NCBI GenBank assembly: GCA_977016875.1
Contig: CDRNST010000043.1
Coordinates: 1,364,001 to 1,428,000, forward strand
Length of the DNA: 64,000 nt
Origin: Pavona decussata
Lineage: Eukaryota
Direction: 5' to 3'
Shown here: positions 28,131 to 39,796 of the stretch, piece by piece
How positions within the stretch are numbered: position 1 is the stretch's first letter
Layout: each line of letters starts with the position of its first letter
Program-made: the position numbers and the translations under genes
The notes under the pieces: generated by a model
What the model saw: the letters and a program-made list of their open reading frames with translations, nothing else
What the model was told of the DNA's origin: nothing
Database searches by the model: none

Positions 28131-31066
28131 TTAGTTATGAAAAAGAATGGTGCGTTTGTTACAAGTCAAACTGCCGAGAAAAAAAGCCGAGCTCCAGCAG
28201 GAATGGAAGCCACGAACTTCCCAGTCAGACTCAGGCTCTGCCACTAGTAAGCCATTGATGACTCGTGGCGACAATTTAGTTAGCTCTACTAAATAATTGG
28301 AGGCCGGCGGTATTCGTGCTGCTCATCTAGGTGTAAAGAGATGTCTTCTAAGTATTGCTGATACTAAGGTGCCATTGCGGAGAAACATTTAGGATTCATT
28401 TTAAAGGAATTCTTTATGTATCCTTCCTTGTTCTCCACATATTGAGGTACCTACAAATCAGCTGCGTTAAAACGAGCTACTGAACTGTATCATGCAGGTC
28501 ACGCTTTTAGTGCGGCTATTAAAGTTATCCTAAAGTGACCTTCATATTTTTGGCAACGTTTCTTATGAGAATTACATTTTGCATCAGAGCCATATCCGCA
28601 GCATATAAACAATTTATTTTTCCAGTATCGTATCTATCTGAAAATTTTGTCCGGAGAAATTATATCTTGATCATTCATCCCCGGCCTTAGGAAGTCAGAT
28701 GCCAAGTGAAATTTACTTATGACAACCAGGCCTGTTTTGCTCCAGTTATGACTTAAAATAGAACCTCTTCGAACAAAACACGAGAAATTCATTTAAAAAT
28801 GAATAATTAAGTCGCAAAATTAAAAAAGGCAAGAGCCCCTGAGGCATTCGCAGACTTTTTTCATTAGTTCATGAAATGACTTCCCCTGTTAAATTTACCT
28901 CTATTCCTAATCGGTGAAAATCTCGTTTCTGTTCATGCTCGAACTGGGGAGTATTCCATCAGCGATTTTAGATTTGTGGTGCATCTCGATGTTTGAACCA
29001 TCTGGTTGTAGAAATGCCTCGGGGCACCTAAATTTAATTTCCTGTTTTCTAACCATCACTCACAGACCCAGTGATCTAACAATGCTTCCAAACTGTAAAA
29101 GTTCTTATTATTGTTTCCGACACAAGATTGTTGAAGGGAGAGGGTCAATTGGGGGATTAAAATAAGCCGATGCATGCTTTTAGAAGTTATTCACTCAATG
29201 AAAACAACGCGTGAATAGATTATTTAGGCAATCAATTATCTCCATGTTGACTTTTATTAGAACAAATTGTGAACCTAAGTTTATTTTATTGACCTCAAGG
29301 CTTCCTATTTCAAATCCTGCCATAAACGAACTTCGTACCCAATGATAACTTCCGCTGTAAGCCAAAATCCTTTCCTGCATTAAAATTTAAAGAATTAACA
29401 GCAATCAAGAATAACTCACTTCAAACATTCGCTAATTAATCGTTTGCTTAAGTAACAATATTGATGGTGGATCAGGAAAACTTTTCGGAAATTCGTCTCA
29501 ATTATACCTTTCTACTTGATAAAGGGTGTGAGGCTAATAATTTTGGTCTGAACTAATGAAAATACTGTTTCATATTATCATGGCGCTCAGTAATGATTTA
29601 AAGGATCAAGTTTTAGGGAGTTTATACCCGGGTTTATACGACGCAAAATCTAAAAGTAAAGGTTTCCGTTTTTCATGAACCTGAACCTAAAAGCATTTCA
29701 TCTAGTTCAAGATTTCAGCGAATCGCGATGAATATCCAAAATAGTTACTGAGATGTTATCCTTTCGTCTTCTTTTCAATTTTTGTACAGACGTGCTTGAC
29801 GGGAGGACCCTCCTCCACTGGAACACGGAGAGTTGTACATTTTAAATGTTCAAACTAAAATGTTCAACCCTGAAGCCTAAATCGTATAATCTTACTGTGC
29901 AGCCCCTAATTTAACTGACACGTATTCTAAAGCCTTAAGCAATGAAAACAATTTTGTCTTTTGAGTTTGTGGATTAAACCCAAAAGTATGAGTATTCAAA
30001 TCAAAGCTACTACGTAAGTAGTACTTTAATATGGTAGTCTTCATCAGTTTTCAATATTTTTACAATCAAGAATTTGAGACTTTTTTAATTGAAGGGTTAA
30101 AAATGACCACCAGCTTCTCGACTCGTTGGTTGGTCATGTTAATTTGCAAACCGCAAAACTAAAACAATATCGTTGTGAAAGAGATACATCCATTTATCAT
30201 CTCATTGTTATGATGTCGGTAAAGTTACCACAAAATTACGGTTTTGTCTTTCTGCGAAGCGGCCCAAGGCGATTTGTTATCGAACAGATGGCGGTGATAA
30301 CTGTGATATATCCGTTGATAAAAGAAAATCGACAGTTTATTCGCAGGTCACCACGTGGAAGGTTCTTGAAAGACGCGGTCATCTGGAATGACTTGATGTA
30401 AATAGATGCTTTGTTTGGGGAATAATTAAATCAAAAACATGGCACAATCGCACAGTTTTTTCTTAAAAATCCGTTTCCTTCAGGAAATCTTTGAATCATG
30501 TTATGACTGAGATGCAGTGTCAATTTTTGGGAACCTGGTTCTGTCCGGTTAAAAATGCTTAAAAGCATAACCGTTCAAGTAATACTCGTCACAGTTGTTC
30601 GTTTTTTAATTTGCCCTAATTGGACAGTCTAGCAACGATTTCTCTTTTCTACTTTACCCTCTTCAGCTGTATTTTTAAAGCAGAACATTGTCTTCATCAT
30701 AATGAATATGACGTTATTTTGTCTAGGTAACGTCGGCGGAAACTGGCTGGAAAGCAACACTTCTTTCACATACAGTCTTGATACATATGAGGTTAATAAA
30801 AAGCGCAACTTTAATATGTCGCTTTTCGGACGCAATATCAATCTTTTCTTTTCAATCAAATAATTTTATTAAGGTCAAATCAATCAAAGCCATGCCGCGA
30901 TCAGACAAAGGAGCTTTTATCTCGTGTGTTTCTGAACAGTTATCTGACAAATGAAATAAAAACATAACAAACATGCTCGGTAACGCAGCATGTGTCAAGG
31001 TTTGTTAATATCCGGGCGTTCATCGATTGTGATAAACATCCAGCAATAAAGAACGATAGAAACTAA

Positions 31067-31291
31067 GTGCGCTTTCCATCTGTCATAACAAGCCTCCCAG
31101 ATCCGGCAGTTCGTCAATCAGTGTAATGCACCATTTTGAAGAAATGGTTCTGCCACATTCTTTAAAATGGTGCATTCAGATAATGGTTGGGCCATTTCGG
31201 CATTTGGAAGGAATTTGAAGGACAGGCATAGACCCGTCTTTCTCGTGCGTTCCATTTTTTCTGGCAATGGTCCTGGCAATGGAAAGTACCT
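31067..31291. mobile_element. PIF/Harbinger-like MITE
   Basis: TAA-GTGCGCTTTCCAT ... ATGGAAAGTACCT-TAA, giving imperfect TIRs with a TAA duplication. Confidence 0.65.
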
Positions 31292-33149
31292 TAAGGCTTG
31301 GCGAGCCGAAACCTACCGAGACCTCGCCAAACCGTACGGTCGCTGAGAAGCGTGTATTTGGCTCGTGTATTAGAACCAGTTTACTCTGGTTTACGCTATT
31401 ATTTGGAGCATCTTGCGAAGTACAGTGATTTTTTGAAGGAAGGCGATATCAAATAACTTTACTCGCATTTTGACATATCCGAAATCGTTAGTCAGCGTTA
31501 AATTCTAGATATATCTGGTGGTGTTTCTAATGTTCTTTCTTTGCCTTTATTCGACAAATACTACAAGAGCGCAAAACGAACAGTTTCGGGACAAGACAGT
31601 CACCCAAGATAATCAGACGGTTTCGCAGGTGAAATATCACCTCAATGGAGATTAATGATTTTTTTCCTTTTAGAAGGACGAAATCGTCATTGGGGGTAAA
31701 AGTTTTTATCTTAGATTTCCGAACATAATGAGATACTGTTGCCAAAAATTGTCGTTATACTTCAAAGATTTCACATTCTGGATATGCCCGGCTGGATTGT
31801 AGTCTTCAAAGATGGTGCAACAATTTTCGGTTTATGCATCACATCAAATGAATTTCGCGCCCAGCAGCTGGAAAAAATCTGAAACAGTACAAACTGGAAT
31901 TAATTAATTTGTAGTTATCTGTTTTAAGTTTGGATCACTTCCCAACTTTAGTTTCCTGTTAGTCAACTGAAATTTAAACTATTTTTAAATAGTTGTTTAC
32001 AGCTATGGCTCTAACTCCGTTTTGGGTTAACGGGACATGGGAGGATTCTTGAATTACGTCACAACTAAGTAAGGTTGGTTCATGCATTAAGTAAATGGAA
32101 GTGAAAAATATGAAACACAAATATTATGGACTGCAGATGAAAGAGTCAACAAACGACAGATCATAGTGGTTAGGCACACAACTTGCAACTATGAAAAGAT
32201 AGCCTGAAAAAAATCAGGCTTGAACGGGGTGCATTAAATAATCAGATATTATTTGTCATATGCTATGAAAGTTTACGTAATGTTTTTAAATTACATTTCC
32301 AAACATCTTCTTACACTTACAACCCACTCATTTTCGCTGTCTTTGGCAACTGTCCTGCAAAAGCTCTTTTATATTGTGCGACGTGCATGCCATGTTTGTT
32401 ATTTATCATTAATCTGGAAAGAGGTTAGAGTTTGACCCAGTTCGCCACGCCTTGATCACAGTATCTTACAGTTTAAAAACTCTGTGGCGAAAGCTTCCAG
32501 TTTCTTAAACCTATACGAGTTTTAAACCAGTTAAGCGGTAGGGGACAGGTGCTGTTGCAGAAAGGGCAACTTTATACAAGTTAAAAAAAAACAATAAAAG
32601 TAAGGAACCTGTTAATTGTGCCATTAAATTCAGGGTTTAAAAATTATTATTAACTTATACATGTTAAAAACAGGGCTTCCTTAACTTAGAAACACGCGTT
32701 GGAGATATTTAGTTGGTATACTAATTCACAGACGATATTTATCTTGTCACCGGAATCGAGATTTCGCCAGATTTTTTTTTTTTGAGCTATTCAATAATAG
32801 GATGGCATTAAGCTTGGTGACGCGAACAAAAGACGCCGTAACTAATTTCTTAATTTATTGAGAAAAGTTTCTGAAATTCTAAGAAATTTTTTTAAAACTC
32901 ATGATTAAATTTTACTAAGATTTCCTATGACATAGAAGAGTTTCTTTCAATTCCTACGATATAAAAGAGTTTCATTTGGGATGAATAATTTCTCGTAAAA
33001 GACTTTTTTTTTCAAACAAACGCGTTACACCGGCCATCCAAACAAGTGACTAGAGTTCAACTGATAAGGCTCTTGACTCTAAGGTCATTTGAATCGCTCT
33101 AAAACCAGCAAGTTTATGAACAAAAGAGGAGACACGCAGCTGTATATGA

Positions 33150-33300
33150 GAAGGATATAATACGCTACCAGTCACGGCTTTGGTTGACCAATCACAAAGC
33201 CCAAAACTCCCTCGTTTAATTGTCCATAACAAAGGGTTACCAAGATTCTGCCACGCATCTCCCATTGATTTCCTTGGAACGATTGAATTCCACGTGCCTT
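33150..33300 (+). promoter_or_regulatory. Putative proximal promoter of the Jun-like gene
   Basis: GACCAATCA CCAAT box at ~33186-33194 and CCACGTG at ~33290, within 250 bp of the ATG. A CRE-like TTACGTCA lies at ~32054. Confidence 0.35.
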
Positions 33301-33420
33301 CAAAAGAAACCAGGAATTTTACAAGATTTCTACTGCATTTAGGGGCTAACTTAGCAAATTTCAGCGATTATATCATAGATTTTAACCAAGACAGTTCAGC
33401 GTAGCTCTGGCGGGCCTACA

Positions 33421-34701
33421 ATGGAAGCAACCATTTATGAGGATCAGAGCTTCTTGTTTTCGAATAAAAATTCCTACGCACAAGACAATGGAAAACTGTT
33501 TTTAAATTTACCGAGCGATTGTAAAAATCCTGGAAAGAAAGAAGACTTTGATATATCTGATTTGCTCAGGTCTCCAGACATTGGAATTTCGTCACCAGAC
33601 CTTGAAACAATAGTGTGGAGGAATTTCCCGGAGACATGTTCGATAAAACTACAATCAAGTTCTCCTCCACCGCCGTCACTTTTTGTTCCACAGGAGGATT
33701 ATTCTACACAACAAGTCACCGCAGAACAAGAGGTATTTGCCAGAGGATTTACTGACGCTCTACAACGCCTTCGGGAAGAGAGAGAAGTAACACAAATAAG
33801 CAATTCCGAGACGCCCACGTCCGATGATTCAACCCGAGTCGTTGATGACTCGAAGTGCACTTTCATTTCTTACAGATTTGATTCATCGTATCGTTTGCCG
33901 TCTTTTCAAGACACTTTCGTACCTGCTAAGTTGACTGGTACGGTAAAATCAAAAACAAGGCAAGAGATAGACAGATTTACGTTTCGCGAGCAGGAAAATG
34001 GACAACAACTTCAAGAATCGGAGGATTCCGAGTGGTTCAAAGTAGAAACATTAGAAGAGGGATTTTCTGGGCAACAACAATGTTCATTCAAAGATAACTT
34101 ATCAAATCAATCCAGCGAAGATTCAGACGAATCATCTACTAATTCTCCTTCTCTCCTCAGTCCTGACTCTGAGGAAGCAACACAGGAGAGCTGCTATGAG
34201 GAATTCGAAAACGACTGCAAAGCTGCAGAAAGCATGGAGGTTCATCATGGCGTCTACGAGCACGACAACTTTGAAGCTGGCGTCGGCTGGACCCAGGCGA
34301 GAGACGATAACATTCAAGATACCCCGACACCTAAACACTGGTTAACGGTCCACACAAAGCTTTATAACATGTCTGTGTTAAAGCAGGAGGTGGACACTTT
34401 AGAGGAACGCTCGCAAACCGCCGCCATTCCCGGCGAGAACATCGATGTGCAGGGATTTATTAAAACGGAACGAAAACGGCGAAAGAACCGTTTAGCGGCG
34501 TGGAAATGCCGTCAAAAGAAACTTATACGTGAATCGAGGCTCGAGACGACTGTTGAAGAGCTTTACGCGGAAAATTCTAGGTTAATGGAAGAGCTGGAGA
34601 AATTAAAACGAAAAAGACAACAATTAGAGCAGACGTTTATTAAACATGTGAGTGGTGGATGCGAAGAGGCCCATGTGCAGTACACTGAATCTTTCAGTTA
34701 A
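33421..34701 (+). CDS. jun: Jun-family (AP-1) bZIP transcription factor, divergent, intronless, 426 aa
   Basis: Matches to c-Jun motifs: MEATIYED (METTFYDD), KLFLNL (delta/JNK-docking LxL), DLLRSPDIGISSPDLE (S63/S73 region), VTAEQEVFARGFTDALQRL (VTDEQEGFAEGFVRALAEL), bZIP IKTERKRRKNRLAAWKCRQKKL, five heptad leucines and terminal HVSGGC (HVNSGC). Confidence 0.95.
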   Translation: MEATIYEDQSFLFSNKNSYAQDNGKLFLNLPSDCKNPGKKEDFDISDLLRSPDIGISSPDLETIVWRNFPETCSIKLQSSSPPPPSLFVPQEDYSTQQVTAEQEVFARGFTDALQRLREEREVTQISNSETPTSDDSTRVVDDSKCTFISYRFDSSYRLPSFQDTFVPAKLTGTVKSKTRQEIDRFTFREQENGQQLQESEDSEWFKVETLEEGFSGQQQCSFKDNLSNQSSEDSDESSTNSPSLLSPDSEEATQESCYEEFENDCKAAESMEVHHGVYEHDNFEAGVGWTQARDDNIQDTPTPKHWLTVHTKLYNMSVLKQEVDTLEERSQTAAIPGENIDVQGFIKTERKRRKNRLAAWKCRQKKLIRESRLETTVEELYAENSRLMEELEKLKRKRQQLEQTFIKHVSGGCEEAHVQYTESFS

Positions 34702-34769
34702 TGGTGATAGTTAACAATAGAGGCTTCTGATTTCTTTGCCGCCTGGTAAGTAAAGAATTCAATCTCAGC

Positions 34770-34785
34770 ATTATTTAAGAATAAA
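34770..34785 (+). terminator. Candidate AU-rich element and polyadenylation signal of the Jun-like gene
   Basis: TTATTTAA followed by AATAAA at 34780-34785, ~80 nt after the stop codon. Confidence 0.4.
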
Positions 34786-35899
34786 TGAAAAACAGTGGAC
34801 AATGAACTTAAATACTAAGGTATACAATTTTGGTCATACAGTTATGTTTTGATTTAGCTTTTAAAAAATGTCTACTTAACAATTTGATTTTGGAAAGAAA
34901 TAATTGCCGAATTAATATTTTCCTGTCTCAATTTCCTTCTGCGCTTTTGTCAAATGTTGAATAGAAAGTAAGTATTCGTTCATTCAAATAGAGACGTTTT
35001 GTCACCAGCTGCGCTATTACAACATCAACAGTTTGCACAATGCACTGCATGTGTGAATGCCTCATGAAGTGTCACATCTAAAACGAGTGTAGTTCTGAAT
35101 GCTGTTGTTCATTTATACTTAAGTCGTTTATCTATAAACGCATTCCCAGTCAGCTTTCACGAACTCAAGTGTAATTGTTCTTGGTTACTATGATGTTTGG
35201 GCACGAAAAAATCCTTTCCTAAGTGACAGATTAAATTTTGCTACTGCTTACTCCCAACCAAGTTACCCGTTCATGTTCAAACTCACACTTCGAACATTTA
35301 ACTGGTTCAAACTTTGGATGAAATCCTCAAGTGTGAATGTTCACACGAAATCTATCCTGCAATTCTTTCCTGTTATCATGGCGTACAAAGTGTTTCTTAA
35401 GCTTTTATTTTACGAACGAAATGCTGCAGGGTGGCCATTCAACTGGGAACGCTATTGAATGCTATTTTTATGCTGGACGAGGTGATTGTCACTTGAATCT
35501 AATTCTTGGATCATTGCCATAGAAATGCTTCCCTAAGGTACTTTTTTAGAGAAAATTTTGCAGCTCCAGCACATGGACGCTGGGCTTGAAACGATTCAAC
35601 AGTCAGACACTTATGCCTTCTCTTGCTAAATTCATTCATTCCTGCCAGAATTTGGATTTAATATTCTTCAAATGATAGAAATGGATTTAAGTCGTAAACA
35701 TCTCGTTATTTGGTATCATTTGAGACCAAATTCAAAATCAAATTCTCCTCACTGTGAATAAAGCAGAATCCCGAAGTGATAGCTTCTTTAAATCTGCCGT
35801 CTGTTCCCTTTTGTAAGAAAAAATAACATTTTGATTATACCAGAAGAGAAATTTAATTGTAGTTTGCAGTTTTTAACGAAATACACTTGACCGTCAGTA

Positions 35900-36751
35900 C
35901 ACCTTTTGCCCTTCATTATCAGGAAATACATTTTCATTAGTGTTAAAAATTAAATCATAAAAGCGAATGTGTAATCATTGTATGAAAATAGACAAACGTT
36001 TTAATTTTCGGTGTCGTCAATAAGGCGTTTTACACAGAGAAGAATATTCATTAATGCGAATATCAGTTCAATTTAATGGAAATAACAAACTTTTAAGAGA
36101 ATGAGCAAACATTAGACGCTTCGTAATGTTCTTTAACGAGGAAAAAAATTCATTTAAACAGAGATACAGTCAGCGTTACAATCAAGCAAGTCTTAGCTCT
36201 ACCTTCAATCAACTCCCTATTCAAACATCGTGGTCTATGTAACTCTGCCTAAACCTAAACCACGCTGCACATTTTCTTGCAATTATCGTGTTCACGTTTC
36301 TCCTCTTCTCGCGGGGATCTTCAAACGCCCTAACTATCCTTTCACGATGCTCAATTGGGACACGGTTTCGACAAACTCTGTGCTCCATTACTGCGAAACC
36401 AGTGTGCACATGTTCAGCATCGTTTTTAAATTTAAGCATCCATATAAATCCATTTGGAAATTAGTCAGAAACCACGTATCTAAAAATCTTTTGTAGTTGA
36501 AATTTTATTCGCGCAATGGAACGTTAACCCTAGGTCAATGAATCTTCATTCGCACTAAAGAATGTTGCTTTCGATAAAACGCTTTTCTGATTGGCCTTAA
36601 TGAATCTTCTTTTCGATGCAAAACTCCTTAATGACTCTGCCACAAATTGAAATGTTTCATTTCCTAGTTAAACTGATTATACATTAATTTTATTGACCAA
36701 TGTTTTCGCGCTAATGAAAATATATTTCCTGATAATGAAGGGCAAAAGGTG
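35900..36751. mobile_element. Non-autonomous DNA transposon with long TIRs and CAC...GTG ends (Transib-like)
   Basis: CACCTTTTGCCCTTCATTATCAGGAAATACATTTTCATTAG matches the reverse complement of the right end at 40 of 41 nt. Weaker complementarity continues for ~250 bp. Flanks are CAGTA / CAATA. Confidence 0.8.
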
Positions 36752-38141
36752 CAATAGCAGCACCGCCTTTTAACTGACGTAACAAACAGCAGCAAAGGAG
36801 AGCGTTCTGATCAAGACCTTTCATTTACTAAACCGCGTTATACTACTTCGGTAAAGCTTGGCTCTGATGTTAAGGGTTAATACTCTTCGAAAAATATTTG
36901 CTGGGCGCGTGGCCCGCCTGTCCTTTTTTAGGACCAAATGTGTCATCTTCCCTTTCCACTTTGAGGGTTCTTACCATACCATTTGGATCGGTACATACAT
37001 TATATGCAGGGTATGTCAGGGAATTTAAAGTTTAGATTTTGTTCATACAGAATTGTCAGACATCAAGGCAAAACTGCGTTGACTATTGACTATTACAGGG
37101 AATAACTATAACAATTACTCGTTATAAGTAAGATTTAATACGATAAACTACTAGAGATCCAATTACAGACTCCCTGGGGAGGTGTAATTTTTTAATTAAA
37201 CAACAAATATGAAAGATTGCAAATATAAATTACAAATATTTTTTATTCCTTTTTAGGTATTCACCTAATGATATCCTAAACAAGCAGAAGTTATCTGACC
37301 TGACTGGATGAATTGTAGAGGTCTAAAGATCTCTTACTTGACGTTAAACTGATTTAAAGATAAGAAACTTTCTCTTTATTTTGCTTTTTTATGACGTTTT
37401 TCTCTTTCTTTTGTTGCTCATCCTTTCTTCTCTTTAAGTTTTTTTGGGCGGTGGTCGCACAAAACTGAGATTTTTATGCAAAATCATGTTTTTTTAAATA
37501 TTTTTTCCCTGCGCGATTCGTAATCTCACTGAAATATCAATTTTCCACCACCATATTACCATGAAATTTGCTCGTGAGAAGTTCAAATAGTTAGTACTCT
37601 AAAATGTCCCAAGGGGTCCAAACCTACTGGGCCATCATCAGCCAGTTTCTAGAATCGACCCTGCAAGTGCTTTGCCAAGTTTGTACCAGTTACTCTGATG
37701 AGCTTTTCCAACACTTACAATCAACCTTGAAATCAGAAGTATATCTACTAATCGTCTTAAACTGAATTTACAAAGACATTTCAATTTTAAAACATTTGCT
37801 AAATTTTCAATTTACGATCCTAAGCACGGGAAAGGGAAGAAAGGAGAATAGGGCAAGAGAGCATTATTGGTGATCCTCCTTTGATAAAAGTAGTACTTCA
37901 ATGTTAAGGCTCCTCCTTCACTTATCCCTTTTCTAAACGTCCTTTTTTCGTTTTACCGATAATGCATCAAAGGCCTCGCGTCCACACTATCGTTTTCGAA
38001 GCGTTTTCCCCGTCCACGCAATAATGCCTGGAAATGCTAATAAACAACTTGGAAACATTAGCACAACCATTTGTGCATGTGACAAATAGACGCGCACTCT
38101 TCGAAAGCCTTTACAGAAAAATACGAGCGATTTCTCTCGTT

Positions 38142-38546
38142 AAAACAACACCAACGACAAAAACAACAACAACTTTATTACCTTTAAAATAAATATTACA
38201 AACGTAATAAAAAGTGAACGAAAACTGGTAAAAGTTACTCAGAATAACTAAAGAGCTATCCCAGCTGAGTAACAAAATTGAATATTTGGACTTAAAGGTT
38301 GTTGGCAATAAAGCGTTAAAGGGATAAAAGGAATAAGAAAAAAAGTAGTTATAACTAGAAGGTCAGGAAAGTAATAGGTACCAGTTGACAGCTATGGATA
38401 TTTGATCACCAAAGTATTTGTTTTATTTATACATAGGCCTGTATGAGAATTCAGTTTCAGTTTTTGTTTGAATGAATTTAGGGGAAGTTGTTTCAAGTTC
38501 TCGTCTAGATCATTCCAGATAGCTGCAGCAGCAAAGCGAATGTTCA
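38142..38546 (-). mobile_element. 3' fragment of a CR1/L2-group LINE
   Basis: Minus strand reads NIRFAAAAIWNDLDENLKQLPLNSFKQKLK, then UTR and an AATAAAG(TTG)n tail. Confidence 0.8.
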
Positions 38547-38567
38547 ATTGTCATGAAGAGTTAGTTA

Positions 38568-38787
38568 GGGTGCGTTCGATTGACCCTATTCCGGAATAGG
38601 AATACATATAACGATGACAAGAAATCCCTCTAAAGAGGTTTTAGGAATTACTGGAGTACGAAATGCCTCTTAACTTATGATGTGTCGGTGAATTTTTGCA
38701 GAAATGGCTTTCCAGATAGCTTAAAAGAGAAATTTAACAACTATTCTGGTTATTCCTATTCCGGAATAAGGTCAATCGAACGCAACC
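38568..38787. mobile_element. PIF/Harbinger (Tourist-like) MITE
   Basis: 37-bp TIRs GGGTGCGTTCGATTGACCCTATTCCGGAATAGGAATA with 2 mismatches and a TTA target-site duplication. Confidence 0.92.
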
Positions 38788-39534
38788 TTAGTTAGTTGGT
38801 TAGTGTGGACGCTGGTATGGGCAAAACGCATTGGAGTGCATTCATTTTCAACGAAAACACATAATTAGTGTGGAGTGGCCCAAGCTAAGCTCGCATTTCA
38901 ATTGTGAATGTTCCAGTTATTTCGTATTCGACTGGCCTTTGCTTCTCCAACTTTTAACCAATAGACAAGTAAGGCCGGAGAATGGAGATTTGTGTGACAC
39001 GTAAATTATAGTATGTTCACGTCATCAGATTGGATCCTTGGAATGTCTCTTGTCTCTTGCTTTCTCTCAATTCCTTTGGATAATTGTTTAATTCAATTAC
39101 ATCTCGCGTGAATTCCTAAGCTGTGTTCTGCGGAAGGAGTGGAGGTCGCGAAAGGAACTTTTTTTATTCAGATTATGTGCTCATATTAACAGAAACATTA
39201 AACAATTCTTAGAATCCTGATTTTTTTCAATTATGATTTTAACTCGTTAGAACGGCTGTCATAATTGAACATGATAAAGTTAGAAACCAAAAAATGTTCT
39301 CAAGCTCGAAAGATGTAAGGGTTTTGGTATTCACTTGTGGATTTTGTTATAAAATTGTTATTTTGATAGAGATGCATTTATGAACAGCTTAATGCCAATA
39401 TTAAGCGATTATTCTATAACGTAAACATTTTGTAATAAACGAATTAGTAAAAACAAGGGTCTGTATTACTTTGTGTATCCAATGGAAAACCTGTACGTGA
39501 GGTGAAGAAGTGGTTAGTGGTTATTGGTGGTATA

Positions 39535-39796
39535 TGGTCGTATCAACAGAGCTGGGAAAAGTAATTTGGCCACCGTAAAGAGATTCAAGCGCTGACGTTT
39601 CGAGCGTTAACCCGTCGACCCTTAAGCCCTTGGATTCGCCATACTGACAGTAGACTACCGCTCGAAACGTCAGCTCTGGAATCTCTTTATGGGGGCCAAA
39701 TTACCTTATCAACTCAGGTGATACTGAACCAACTTTTTGCTTCCACTTCCTCACCAACGCAGCACCACAGTTTCTCTAGAAACTAACCCCCTTATC
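39535..39796 (+). mobile_element. Palindromic Penelope-type non-autonomous retroelement with degenerate hammerhead core
   Basis: Inverted arms (AATTTGGCCACCGTAAAGAGATTC..GCTGACGTTTCGAGCG / CGCTCGAAACGTCAGC..GAATCTCTTTATGGGGGCCAAATT), then the tail ACGCAGCACCACAGTTTCTCTAGAAACT shared with the 44725 and 49497 copies. Confidence 0.7.

Larger units (their letters stand above)
37972..38880. mobile_element. Old Harbinger-like MITE hosting two nested insertions
   Basis: GGCCTCGCGTCCACACTA ... TAGTGTGGAGTGGCC ends, with internal GTCCAC/GTGGAC subrepeats. Confidence 0.5.

Noticed and set aside
33421-34701. Jun-like gene as a processed pseudogene
   Set aside because: The 426-codon ORF is intact with selectively conserved motifs, no polyA/TSD scar is visible, and Jun genes are commonly intronless
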